Sequence record: SRR9188677_85
DNA length: 20,000 nucleotides
Strand: one strand, 5' to 3'
Shown here one piece after another: positions 1 through 8,660 of this stretch (positions within the stretch are counted from its first letter, which is position 1; every line of letters starts with the position of its first letter). Position numbers and translations under genes: made by a program. The notes beneath the pieces were generated by a model. That model had not been told where the DNA came from, did no database searches, and saw nothing but the letters and a program-made list of their open reading frames with translations.

Positions 1-2
1 GA

Positions 3-374
3 ATTGAAAAGGGAACCTTCAAAGGAGAGAGCAAGCTATCAACCTATCTCTATCAGGTATTTTATTTTAAAACGATCGATTTTATCCGGAAAGCCAGTAC
101 GGAGAAGCTTGTGTATCTCGACACTGTACCAGATGACCATGACAGCGGACACAACATTGAGCGGAACTTAGAAGTCAGCGATGAGGCTCGCAAATTGCTG
201 GATGTTATCAATACAATGTGTCCACCTTGTCGGCAGATCATCCTTGACTGGGGATATTGGGGTTACTCCGCAGAGGAAATAGCCGCTCGGATAAATGAGA
301 ATAATCCAGCCAAGTTCTCCCGGCTGAAATATTCTTGCATTGAGAAACTTAAAAAGTTATGGGTTGATATTTAG
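3..374 (+). CDS. ECF-type RNA polymerase sigma-70 factor, 5' end outside the window
   Basis: Frame is open from position 3: IEKGTFKGESKLSTYLYQVFYFKTIDFIRK (region 2, F.G.S...TYLY..) followed by a region 4 HTH (CRQIILDWGYWGYSAEEIAARI). The ORF-track start at 111 is an internal GTG. Confidence 0.85.
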   Translation: MEKGTFKGESKLSTYLYQVFYFKTIDFIRKASTEKLVYLDTVPDDHDSGHNIERNLEVSDEARKLLDVINTMCPPCRQIILDWGYWGYSAEEIAARINENNPAKFSRLKYSCIEKLKKLWVDI

Positions 375-495
375 CGTTTTTGGAGTAAGGAAATTCCTGG
401 TACCAGACTGTAACTATCGTTTAGAATTCCTGGCCTTTGTTATAGGAAGTGGGCTAGTTGAAAGTAGACCACTAAGCTCAGCGGAAAAAGTTATA

Positions 496-523
496 AGCCA
501 ATCGCTGACAGCTGAAAGCTAGC
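496..523. repeat. Degenerate heptamer tandem repeat (AGCCAAT CGCTGAC AGCTGAA AGCTAGC)
   Basis: 7-bp periodicity read directly; related to the array at 8224-8244. Confidence 0.5.
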
Positions 524-1278
524 TAAAGCGTCGACATTCCGCCGTCAATAATTAGTTCAGTTCCAAGTACAAATGTGGATTCATCGGAAGCGAAGTAAAG
601 CACGGCTTTGGCCACTTCCTTAGCTTTTCCAAAACGACCAACCGGAATTTGGCTTTTAATGCCTTCGCCCATTTGACGATGTTGTTCATCAGTGATTCCA
701 AATTTCGCTGCACTGTGCAGCGGCGTGGCGATAGGGCCAGGGCTTACGGCGTTAACTCTTATTTTTCGTGGCAATAATTCAGCCGATAGGTTTTTGGCGA
801 GACTTAACAAAGCTGCTTTGGATGCGGCGTAAACACTGGCGCCAGGCATTCCCACATGTGCGTTTATGGAGGCATTTAAAATGATTGACCCACCGTCGTT
901 AATCAAAGGCAGAAGTGCTTGAATAGTGAAGTACGCGCCTTTGAAATTAGCGTTCATCAGCTTGTCAAAAAAATCTTCACTAGTCTGGTCGATGGGAGCA
1001 AACTGGGCGATTCCGGCATTGACGAAAAGGACGTCAATTTTAGGCGAAATATCTGTAACCTTCTGAGCAAGCACACTTATGTCTTGCAAGTTGCTGGCAT
1101 CAGAAACAATGCCGAATGCATTTGCACCCAATTCAGCAGCAGCCGTGGCATTGGCTTCCGGATTTCTTCCTGTGAAAATAACCTTCGCGCCCTGGCTAAT
1201 AAATTCTTTCGCTGTAGCAAAGCCAATTCCACTATTTCCACCTGTGATAACTGCAACCTTATTTTCTAAACGATTCAT
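523..1278 (-). CDS. Classical short-chain dehydrogenase/reductase (SDR)
   Basis: TGGNSGIG cofactor motif, VNAG, catalytic YAASK, IRVNAVSPG, C-terminal DGG; 251 aa. Confidence 0.95.
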   Translation of the reverse strand: MNRLENKVAVITGGNSGIGFATAKEFISQGAKVIFTGRNPEANATAAAELGANAFGIVSDASNLQDISVLAQKVTDISPKIDVLFVNAGIAQFAPIDQTSEDFFDKLMNANFKGAYFTIQALLPLINDGGSIILNASINAHVGMPGASVYAASKAALLSLAKNLSAELLPRKIRVNAVSPGPIATPLHSAAKFGITDEQHRQMGEGIKSQIPVGRFGKAKEVAKAVLYFASDESTFVLGTELIIDGGMSTL

Positions 1279-1300
1279 GATTTCCCGTGCTTTTTATTTA

Positions 1301-1354
1301 TTTTGTAATGATCGATACAAAACTAATCATAATTATTTAATGATCATTACAAAA
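1301..1354. promoter_or_regulatory. Two 22-bp palindromic TetR-type operators upstream of the SDR
   Basis: TTTTGTAATGATCGATACAAAA (1301-1322) and TTATTTAATGATCATTACAAAA (1333-1354), each 20/22 to the perfect palindrome TTTTGTAATGATCATTACAAAA. A minus-strand TATTTTCG (1356-1363) resembles the Bacteroidota -7 box. Confidence 0.8.
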
Positions 1355-1366
1355 ACGAAAATAACG

Positions 1367-1945
1367 TTAAATATTTTTTATTGCGAATTCCAGAGTGCTA
1401 TCCAGAAATGCGCTGTCGGAGTTGGTGGAAGCCACAACACGTACGCCCATAATGGTTGTGAACAGATACATAGCCAAAATCTCGGGATCAGTTTTTGAAG
1501 ATATTTCTCCGGATTGCTGGCCCCTTGTAATTAATGCTGACAAGATCGAGCGTACATTTTTTTCATTTTGAATAGCCACCTGTAAGACCTGCTCATCCTG
1601 ATTGGCTAGTTCAGTTACCGTATTTACCATAAAGCAACCTTTGCGATCAGGGTCGTTGAGCGTATCGGCAACGAGCGCTTTAAGTAACGTTGCAATAATC
1701 TCTCTGACAGGGATTTCCTGCTCGGATAAGGTTTTCATCCAGTCAAGCTGAGAAACCAGATAATTGTTTAGCGAAGCCATGAAAAGCTTGTGTTTGTCTC
1801 CGTAGGTATCGTATAAGCTTGGCGCATTGATACTCATCGCGCTCACAAGGTCTGACATGGAGGTCCCTGAATAACCTTTTTTCCAAAAGACCTTTAATGC
1901 CTTTTGTAAGGTCTCTGCCTCATCAAATTTCTTGGGACGTGCCAT
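1367..1945 (-). CDS. TetR/AcrR family transcriptional regulator (NemR/ComR-like)
   Basis: MARPKKFD...FWKKGYSGTSMSDLV...SLYDTYGDK HTH; KGCFMVNT motif in the C-terminal domain. Confidence 0.95.
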   Translation of the reverse strand: MARPKKFDEAETLQKALKVFWKKGYSGTSMSDLVSAMSINAPSLYDTYGDKHKLFMASLNNYLVSQLDWMKTLSEQEIPVREIIATLLKALVADTLNDPDRKGCFMVNTVTELANQDEQVLQVAIQNEKNVRSILSALITRGQQSGEISSKTDPEILAMYLFTTIMGVRVVASTNSDSAFLDSTLEFAIKNI

Positions 1946-1952
1946 AATACGG

Positions 1953-1974
1953 TTTTGTAATGTTCATTATATTA
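1953..1974. promoter_or_regulatory. Third TetR operator copy (autoregulatory site)
   Basis: TTTTGTAATGTTCATTATATTA, 18/22 to the same palindrome, just upstream of the tetR start codon at 1945. Confidence 0.7.
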
Positions 1975-2281
1975 AACAAAACTTTTATTTTTTTGTTCAA
2001 AATCTAAAATTGGTATGAGCAGTTACATGAGAAGTGGTCAAAAATTCAGGTACTAATACAACAAATGATTCAAATTAGTATTTAACTGCATGGCTTTTTT
2101 AGCGAACTTATGGTTTAGCAGCAACCGAATTTGACAGTTTTAGAGAATAAATACTATTATAATTTGAATTAAGCATGTATTACCGGATATTTGACGTTAT
2201 AATCAAATAAAACAGAGTGATCTAACCTTTTTGGTATGATTTTTACTCACTTATATATCTCAGGAATTCACGCTACTTTTT

Positions 2282-2848
2282 ATGCAAACTCTCAAAATGA
2301 TGGCCGCTGCGATGTTGATATCCAGTGCTTCAATTGCGCAAAATACAACACAGCCGGCGCCGCAAGCCTCGCAGCAGCCCGCCGCCACTACGAGTACTAC
2401 GCAAACACAGACTTACCAGACCGCTCCAAGACCTACTTCCAGTCCGTTATACAGATCCGCTACGCAACCTGTTCAAGTTCCAGCGGGACAAGTTCCGCGA
2501 GCAAATGCCGCTCAGGATGCCGGCTTGTCAGCACCTGCCGGAGCGGTTGCACCGGGTACACAGGAGATTTACGAGCAAAGTTCCGTCGAGCAAACTCCTG
2601 TAAATGCACAGACTGGAGTTGATCCGCAAACCGGGCTTCCGTATGTCAACACAGGGCAGACGCAACAATATATCAATAGCGAATCGACTACCGTACAGTC
2701 TAGCCAGCCGGTCAATACTGGCCAGGTGCCTAAGGCTTATACCAATACGACGACGCAGCTTCCTTTCAGCCAGTATCAGCCGAAGCCGACGGGTCGAATT
2801 GCGCCGGAAGGGGTAAGACCAAATTCGGCTCCAAGGAGAGTTCGGTAG
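2282..2848 (+). CDS. Secreted low-complexity Q/T/P/A/S-rich hypothetical protein
   Basis: Sec-type signal MQTLKMMAAAMLISSASIA-Q; mature part has no hydrophobic core; followed by a strong terminator. Confidence 0.8.
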   Translation: MQTLKMMAAAMLISSASIAQNTTQPAPQASQQPAATTSTTQTQTYQTAPRPTSSPLYRSATQPVQVPAGQVPRANAAQDAGLSAPAGAVAPGTQEIYEQSSVEQTPVNAQTGVDPQTGLPYVNTGQTQQYINSESTTVQSSQPVNTGQVPKAYTNTTTQLPFSQYQPKPTGRIAPEGVRPNSAPRRVR

Positions 2849-2874
2849 CCGTTTCATATATAATTAGTTTCTGG

Positions 2875-2906
2875 AACCTCCATATCACTTGATATGGAGG
2901 TTTTTT
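2875..2906 (+). terminator. Rho-independent terminator
   Basis: AACCTCCATATCA-CT-TGATATGGAGGTT perfect inverted repeat followed by a T run. Confidence 0.85.
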
Positions 2907-3008
2907 ATGCTTGTAAAAAAGCATTTTACGGTTAATAGGAAGCGTTCGGTTTTAGAAACCGATTCGTAAAAATTTATCACGAGATAAACTTCATCCCACC
3001 AGCCAGCC

Positions 3009-3974
3009 TCATTGTTTCCATGTCTCTCGCTTCCACAATTCACGCTGATCCTTACTTAAAAATGTCCAGGCGACGATGCGGCTTACTTTTTGTCCCTGTT
3101 CCATTTCAATCGTTCGGACATCGCTTGCCTGTGCTAGTTTCAAGGATTGATACAAACGTGGCAGTGTGGTTTTTTTGGAAACCAAGGAAGTAAACCACAA
3201 ACATTGATTGGCAATGTCCTTACTTTGGTCAACCATCTTATTCAGAAACACACTTTCACCTCCCGGGTACCACAGCTCAGCATTCTGACCGCCAAAGTTT
3301 AGAGCCTGCTTTTGGTGAGAGTATTGTTGTCCTAAATTTTTCCATTTGCGTTTGGTTCCCTCCATTGCTTCACGTAATGAGGCATGAAACGGCGGATTAC
3401 ACATCGTAAAATCGAATTTTTCCGTTGGTGAGACAATTCCTTTGAAGATATTAGAGGAATCGATTTGCAAACGGCATTCAACAAATGGCGTGATTGAAAA
3501 GTTTGCATTTATAATTCGCCGGGCAGATTCAATAGCCCTGGAGTCAACGTCCGATCCTATAAATGACCAGCCGTAGCTTTGGTGTCCGATAATCGGGTAC
3601 ACACAGTTTGCACCCATCCCAATGTCAAGTCCCTTTATATAGCTTCCGGTCGGAACGCTTTTCCCATCTGCCAGAAGATCAGCCAAATAGTGAATGTAAT
3701 CGGCACGGCCGGGGATTGGTGGACAAAGGTAGTTTGGCGGAATATCCCAGTATTGTATTTTGTAAAAATGTTTGAGAATTGCCTTGTTAAGTACTTTTAC
3801 AGCATCCGGATTTGTAAAATCTATCGATTCGTTTCCGTATTTATTGATACCAACATACTTTTTGAGTTCAATTGTACCTTTGATCAAAGCTTTGAAATCG
3901 TACTGAAAACGGTGGAGATTTCTGGGGTGAAGTGTTGTTTTTTCGGAGGAAGCAGCGACTGGTTTAGTTGGCAT
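3009..3974 (-). CDS. rlmF: 23S rRNA (adenine(1618)-N6)-methyltransferase RlmF
   Basis: LHPRN, YLCPPIPGRADYIHY, LDIGMGANCVYP (SAM binding), MCNPPFH, LNFGG, WFTSLVSK, MEQGQKVSR. ATG at 3974 preferred over TTG at 3980. Confidence 0.95.
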   Translation of the reverse strand: MPTKPVAASSEKTTLHPRNLHRFQYDFKALIKGTIELKKYVGINKYGNESIDFTNPDAVKVLNKAILKHFYKIQYWDIPPNYLCPPIPGRADYIHYLADLLADGKSVPTGSYIKGLDIGMGANCVYPIIGHQSYGWSFIGSDVDSRAIESARRIINANFSITPFVECRLQIDSSNIFKGIVSPTEKFDFTMCNPPFHASLREAMEGTKRKWKNLGQQYSHQKQALNFGGQNAELWYPGGESVFLNKMVDQSKDIANQCLWFTSLVSKKTTLPRLYQSLKLAQASDVRTIEMEQGQKVSRIVAWTFLSKDQRELWKRETWKQ

Positions 3975-4263
3975 TTTCAAATTCAGATTGATAGGAGTTC
4001 AAAACATCCAATGCAGTTTCCCAATGTAGGCTATCGTCCTCTTTCTCTATTAACGAATGGTTTGTGATTTTGTCAAAATTCTCACAGAACGCTTTGAAAT
4101 CAAAGGCATATTTTTGCTCAAAGAAATCGGTTTTGCTTTTATAATAGGCTATTTTCTGTTGCAGTATATTTTTGGCCTGTTCTCGTGCAAAGTGCTGAAC
4201 AGTGGTATAGCCCCAGGATTGAACGGTGCGATCGAGAGCGGAAGTGTCTTCAAGTAATTCCAT
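3964..4263 (-). CDS. Small acidic hypothetical protein, antitoxin-like
   Basis: 99 aa; FEQKY..DF..F and EKEDD...W pattern resembles small antitoxin-like proteins (recalled similarity, not a database hit). Stop codon overlaps the rlmF start by 11 bp. Confidence 0.65.
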   Translation of the reverse strand: MELLEDTSALDRTVQSWGYTTVQHFAREQAKNILQQKIAYYKSKTDFFEQKYAFDFKAFCENFDKITNHSLIEKEDDSLHWETALDVLNSYQSEFENAN

Positions 4264-4381
4264 TTGTAAAAAAAATTGTCTGAAATAAAGTTAAAGAAAA
4301 AACAGGATATGGCCTAAACTTGGTAAACTGCACCGATACTTCCTTAATTTGAAAAAATTAAAATTTTCTACAAAACCCTAC

Positions 4382-4397
4382 TGACATACTGCTGTCA
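4382..4397. promoter_or_regulatory. TGACA-N6-TGTCA inverted repeat upstream of the DinB gene
   Basis: TGACAtactgcTGTCA about 60 bp upstream of the ATG at 4456, ahead of a degenerate -7 box (TTGCTTTG). Confidence 0.5.
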
Positions 4398-4455
4398 CTG
4401 CTCCGTGTTTGCTTTGTAATGTAAAACAAATAGAAACATTCAAATTCTGAAAACA

Positions 4456-4974
4456 ATGGAAACGAACGTCACAGCACCAGCAACGGAAAGCGCCGTAGTA
4501 ATCACGCCAGCTGCTTTATTGGATCATTGGCAAGCTCACCGCCGCCTTACAAGAAGGACAATTGAATCTTTTCCGGAGCAGGAGTTTTATAATTTTTCGA
4601 TCGGAGGGATGAGGACTTTTGCAGGGTTGACTATGGAAATGCTTGATCTTGCTGGCCCGGGAGTACGTGGACTGGCTACCGGAAAGTGGTCGGGATATGG
4701 TGAGTCCGGCGATAACACGCATACAGAGGCGCCCACTTCCAAAGCAGGAGTACTTGCGGCTTGGGACGCGATGACAAGCCAGATCGATGAATTCTGGTCT
4801 CAGATTAGCCCTGAGAGATTTCAGGAAGTTGAGGTTGCATTCGGGCAGTATGAAAATCCAAATTATGCAACGCTGCTTTATTTGATCGATAATGAAATTC
4901 ACCATCGCGGACAGGGTTACGTTTATCTTCGGGCACTGGGCATTGAGCCGCCAGCTTTCTGGGACAGAAGTTAA
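4456..4974 (+). CDS. DinB/YfiT family protein
   Basis: HRRLTRR, GGMRTF, DNEIHHRGQGYVYLRALGIEPP C-terminal DinB signature. Confidence 0.92.
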   Translation: METNVTAPATESAVVITPAALLDHWQAHRRLTRRTIESFPEQEFYNFSIGGMRTFAGLTMEMLDLAGPGVRGLATGKWSGYGESGDNTHTEAPTSKAGVLAAWDAMTSQIDEFWSQISPERFQEVEVAFGQYENPNYATLLYLIDNEIHHRGQGYVYLRALGIEPPAFWDRS

Positions 4975-4995
4975 ACAGAACATATGAAGGTTGTT

Positions 4996-5040
4996 AACAG
5001 GCAGTGCAGCGAATTTTTGTCAGCTGCACTGCCTGTTTTT
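4996..5040 (+). terminator. Rho-independent terminator
   Basis: 15-bp perfect stem AACAGGCAGTGCAGC / GCTGCACTGCCTGTT followed by a T run, right after the DinB stop. Confidence 0.85.
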
Positions 5041-5166
5041 GTTTGGTAAAATGATCTGCAAACCTGATAGAACCGTTTAGTAGATTCTGCAACAGATTCT
5101 TTGAAAACCTGAAAACGTTTTGTAGATTTTGGTTAGCTACCGATGCTCCAACCAAAATCAAATGAT

Positions 5167-6261
5167 ATGTGCAAGCATTCATCTTACAATCCGATACAAT
5201 GCATTATACCGCCATACATAAGCGATAAGCTTCTGGATGAGGCTAGTCCTAGAAAACTCCCTGCTGTGTTAAACTCGGAATTGAGAAATAATCGATTTCG
5301 AAATGATCGGGCTTTCTTTTCCAAATTAAATGAAACGCAGCGATCTGTACTTGTTCCGGCGGAAAAGGCTTTGAAGACGCCGACTATGAAAATGCAGGTT
5401 TATGATATGAAACACGATACAGTGCTCAGTCATGCAAAACTGGTTTGGAGTAATGGAAAAGCAAAGGTCCCGACGCCGGACAAGGATACTAAAAATGTGG
5501 TAGCGGCAGGCACCGCGACCTGGGATTTGTACTACCAGATTTTCGGACGCAATTCTGTCAATAACCTTGGACTGACGCTGAAGCACTACATTCACTACGA
5601 CAACAAATACGATAACGCATTTTGGGACGGAAGGCGAATGGTTTATGGCGATGGTGACGGTAAAATCTTCGGTAGCTTTACGGCTGATCCGGATATAATC
5701 GGACACGAACTAACACATGGTGTGACGCAGTACGAAGCCAATCTGGATTACCACAATCAGAGCGGAGCACTCAATGAATCGATGTCCGATGTATTCGGTA
5801 TTATGATTAAGCAGCGTATGATGAATCTGGATGTTAAGAAATCAAAATGGCTGATTGGAGAAAACGTACTAAAAGGCGCTAAGTACGCGCTTCGTAGCAT
5901 GAAGGCACCGGGTACTGCTTATGTTGATCATCCTGATTTGGGAACAGACCCGCAGCCTGCTACTTTCGATAACTATATGGCGCTGGCAGATACTGAGCGC
6001 GGAGACTGGGGCGGCGTGCATATTAACTCGGGAATTACCAATTTCGCATTCTACGTAACTGCTTTCAATTTGGGCGGTTTTTCGTGGGAAAAGGCAGGTC
6101 GGATCTGGTATGCTGCACTTACCGATACTGTAAGCCTGACGCCAACTTCTGACTTTTCTGTTTTTAAAGAGCTTACCATTAAGAAAGCGGAAGCGATATA
6201 TGGCGTTGGAAGTTTGGAGGCGAAAGCCGTTGATAATGGGTGGAATGAAGCAAAAGTTTAA
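5167..6261 (+). CDS. M4 family zinc metallopeptidase, protealysin-like
   Basis: Short propeptide with CIIPPY motif and no signal peptide; YDNAFWDG, HELTH, SGALNESMSD, GGVHINSG. ATG 5167 preferred; 5143 is possible. Confidence 0.95.
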   Translation: MCKHSSYNPIQCIIPPYISDKLLDEASPRKLPAVLNSELRNNRFRNDRAFFSKLNETQRSVLVPAEKALKTPTMKMQVYDMKHDTVLSHAKLVWSNGKAKVPTPDKDTKNVVAAGTATWDLYYQIFGRNSVNNLGLTLKHYIHYDNKYDNAFWDGRRMVYGDGDGKIFGSFTADPDIIGHELTHGVTQYEANLDYHNQSGALNESMSDVFGIMIKQRMMNLDVKKSKWLIGENVLKGAKYALRSMKAPGTAYVDHPDLGTDPQPATFDNYMALADTERGDWGGVHINSGITNFAFYVTAFNLGGFSWEKAGRIWYAALTDTVSLTPTSDFSVFKELTIKKAEAIYGVGSLEAKAVDNGWNEAKV

Positions 6262-6272
6262 AAAAGAACGGT

Positions 6273-6551
6273 ATGGAAATTAAATTGCAAAGGTTAGGAG
6301 GGTTGTTGCCGATCGTAAAGGAAGCGTGCGTTCAGGTCGACTGGTCGGAGGAGGATTTGCAGAAATTGCTTAAAAAGATACATGTTACCCCGAAGCCAAA
6401 TTCACAAAGCCGCGACATAGCCAGTCATTATCTTGAAGTGGATGGGAATGCGGTTCCAGTTGATTTGGCAAAGGTGCCTGCCAGTTATAAAGGTACTTTC
6501 GAGGAATTAAAGGGGAATTTGAAGCCTGTGAAGAACTCCACAGCCGAGTAG
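6273..6551 (+). CDS. Emfourin-like protealysin inhibitor
   Basis: 92 aa, 11 bp downstream of the protease; N-terminal R.GG motif and RD...Y.LEV segment match the emfourin pattern and the conserved two-gene layout. Confidence 0.75.
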   Translation: MEIKLQRLGGLLPIVKEACVQVDWSEEDLQKLLKKIHVTPKPNSQSRDIASHYLEVDGNAVPVDLAKVPASYKGTFEELKGNLKPVKNSTAE

Positions 6552-6585
6552 CATCTCGGGAAGTCATCAATTCATTTTGCCTGAG

Positions 6586-6609
6586 TAGCAATTGGTTTGC
6601 TATTTTTTT
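6586..6609 (+). terminator. Probable weak intrinsic terminator
   Basis: TAGCAA-ttggt-TTGCTA followed by T7. Confidence 0.55.
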
Positions 6610-6677
6610 CATTTATAGGGCCTAACTTCCTTTCGAGATCATTTTGTCATCTTAATTGATTTCAATGATCGCAGGTC

Positions 6678-6705
6678 TGTCCAGATCTTACTTCTATGAC
6701 TGTCT
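6678..6705 (+). promoter_or_regulatory. ECF-like bipartite promoter motif, copy 1
   Basis: TGTCCAGAT-N11-GACTGTCT, ending 30 bp before the MFS ATG at 6736. Confidence 0.65.
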
Positions 6706-6735
6706 TTGTATAGAATCACTCTGTTCCCCCCCACA

Positions 6736-8097
6736 ATGAAAACCTTCTACGCCATATTAGCCAATTCCCTGGCCGCTTTTCTTACCAATACTTCGGTTTG
6801 GTTTGCGGTGACATTTTGGGTTTATCTGCAAACCAAGTCTGTTGTGGCAACGTCCGTGATGGCTGGAATATATCTTGGCTCCGTAGCGATATCCGGCTTT
6901 TTTCTCGGCTCTGTTGTAGACAGATACAGAAAGAAAACTTCGATGATGATTTCCGGCGTGGTCACTTTGGTTTTGTACATCATTGCTTTGGGAATTTTTT
7001 TGACGACGCCAACGGCCGTTTTTATCAATCCTTCCAGTATCAGTCTTTGGGCGTTTATCGTGATTACACTTTTCGGAGCTTTAACAGGCAACCTTCGCTC
7101 GATTGCCTTATCGACCGTCGTAACTATACTTTTTCCTGAGGACGAACGTGATAAAGCGAATGGTATGGTGGGAACTGTGAATGGCGTTTCGTTTCTGGTC
7201 GCTTCCATTTTCAGCGGTTTGATCATCGGATACATCGGAATGCTTTGGATGCTGATCATTGCCATTGCACTCACGATTATGGTTATTCTTCATTTAATTA
7301 CCATTCATATTCCCGAACGGGAAATTGTGCACGTTGAATCACATTTTGACAGTATTGATGTAAAAGGGACAATTGCGGTTGTCAGTCTTGTTCCTGGTCT
7401 GTTTGGACTTATTTTCTTTAACACCTTCAATAATTTCCTTGGCGGCGTGTTTATGTCGTTGATGGACGCATATGGTTTGTCGCTCGTTTCAGTGCAGGTT
7501 TGGGGCGTTCTCTGGGGATTTTTGAGTCTGGGATTTATTGTTGGCGGTATTGTTGTAGCCAAAAAAGGATTGGGCAGAAAGCCTCTGAGAACGCTTTTCC
7601 TGTCGAATATCATCATGTGGGCCGTTTGTATTTTCTTCACTATTCAGGCTTCCATTGTCCTCCTTGGCCTTGGTCTTTTTGTTTACATGTGCCTCATTCC
7701 CGTAGTTGAGGCAACAGAACAAACGATTCTTCAAAAGGTAATTCCGCCAGAGCGGCAGGGACGGGTTTTTGGTTTTGCCCAAAGCATTGAACAGGCCGCC
7801 TCTCCGCTTACTGCTTTTATGATTGGCCCTATTGCCAAACTGATTTTCATTCCGTTCATGACAACGGGTGCTGGCGTAAGTCTTATCGGTCACTGGTTCG
7901 GAACCGGTAGCGCACGCGGATTGGCATTGTTATTTACAGTAACCGGCATGATTGGTCTGATCATTACTTTACTGGCGATGCAGTCCAAGGCATATAGGAG
8001 CTTGTCGCTGATTTATAAAAAACCCGAGGAAACACTTAAAGAGCTTGACAATATATTGGAGGATGTGAAAGAGGCGCCGGATGAGCCAAAGAATTGA
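6736..8097 (+). CDS. MFS transporter, DHA3-like efflux family
   Basis: About 12 hydrophobic segments, motif A GSVVDRYRKK, ERDKANG and PPERQGRVFG. ATG 6736 preferred over TTG 6706. Confidence 0.93.
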   Translation: MKTFYAILANSLAAFLTNTSVWFAVTFWVYLQTKSVVATSVMAGIYLGSVAISGFFLGSVVDRYRKKTSMMISGVVTLVLYIIALGIFLTTPTAVFINPSSISLWAFIVITLFGALTGNLRSIALSTVVTILFPEDERDKANGMVGTVNGVSFLVASIFSGLIIGYIGMLWMLIIAIALTIMVILHLITIHIPEREIVHVESHFDSIDVKGTIAVVSLVPGLFGLIFFNTFNNFLGGVFMSLMDAYGLSLVSVQVWGVLWGFLSLGFIVGGIVVAKKGLGRKPLRTLFLSNIIMWAVCIFFTIQASIVLLGLGLFVYMCLIPVVEATEQTILQKVIPPERQGRVFGFAQSIEQAASPLTAFMIGPIAKLIFIPFMTTGAGVSLIGHWFGTGSARGLALLFTVTGMIGLIITLLAMQSKAYRSLSLIYKKPEETLKELDNILEDVKEAPDEPKN

Positions 8098-8119
8098 TTG
8101 TAAATAATTAATAAAAAAT

Positions 8120-8147
8120 TGTCCGGATTCCAAATGCAGGATTGTCT
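8120..8147 (+). promoter_or_regulatory. ECF-like bipartite promoter motif, copy 2
   Basis: TGTCCGGAT-N11-GATTGTCT in the MFS-VOC intergenic region. Confidence 0.7.
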
Positions 8148-8223
8148 TTACCTTAACAAGTTTACAAAGAGTTTGATTTAATAGAAATCAGCGAAGCTAG
8201 TAACTAAAAGCGGTCCGCCGCGC

Positions 8224-8244
8224 AGCTAACAGCCAATAGCTATT
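8224..8244. repeat. Degenerate heptamer tandem repeat (AGCTAAC AGCCAAT AGCTATT)
   Basis: 7-bp periodicity; shares the AGCCAAT unit with 496-523. Confidence 0.45.
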
Positions 8245-8273
8245 GCCTGACATTCATTCACTAAAACCAAAAT

Positions 8274-8660
8274 ATGATGTTCAAGGACACAAAAGCATTC
8301 AGCGGATTTTCAGTAGACAGTTTGGAGAAAGCCAAACAATTCTATGGAGAAATACTCGGATTAGAGGTATCAGAAACGGAAGAAATGCCGGTTTTGTCAT
8401 TAGCCATCTCGGGCGGAACGAAGATAATGATTTACGAAAAGCCGAATCATACGCCCGCTACTTTTACGATTTTGAATTTTCCTGTACCGGATATTGACAA
8501 AGCGGTTCAGGACTTAAAGGACAAAGGTGTAGTCTTTGAAAGCTACGATTACCCAGGCCTTAAAACCGATGAAAACAACATTTCCCGTGGCAACGGCGGT
8601 CCTGAAATCGCCTGGTTTACCGATCCGGCGGGTAATATTTTATCCGTCTTGAGCGAATAA
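8274..8660 (+). CDS. VOC/glyoxalase family protein
   Basis: [42 protein letters not shown]. Start at 8274 or 8277. Confidence 0.93.
   Translation: MMFKDTKAFSGFSVDSLEKAKQFYGEILGLEVSETEEMPVLSLAISGGTKIMIYEKPNHTPATFTILNFPVPDIDKAVQDLKDKGVVFESYDYPGLKTDENNISRGNGGPEIAWFTDPAGNILSVLSE

Noticed and set aside
3..374. This ECF sigma as the reader of the three-copy promoter motif
   Set aside because: It ends right after region 4 with no SnoaL or TPR extension typical of ECF41/ECF42, and its own promoter is outside the window. Unsupported, though not excluded.
340..522. 60-aa ORF and the AATTCCTGG direct repeat (392, 425)
   Set aside because: TTG start inside the sigma gene, no recognisable features; two 9-mers alone are weak evidence.
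2946..2962. TCGGTTT-tag-AAACCGA hairpin as rlmF terminator
   Set aside because: Short stem with no U tract on the minus strand; cannot be supported.
5041..5142. Short repeats (AAACCTGA, TCTGCAA, AGATTCT, each twice) upstream of the protease
   Set aside because: Irregular spacing and no consistent consensus; may be chance.
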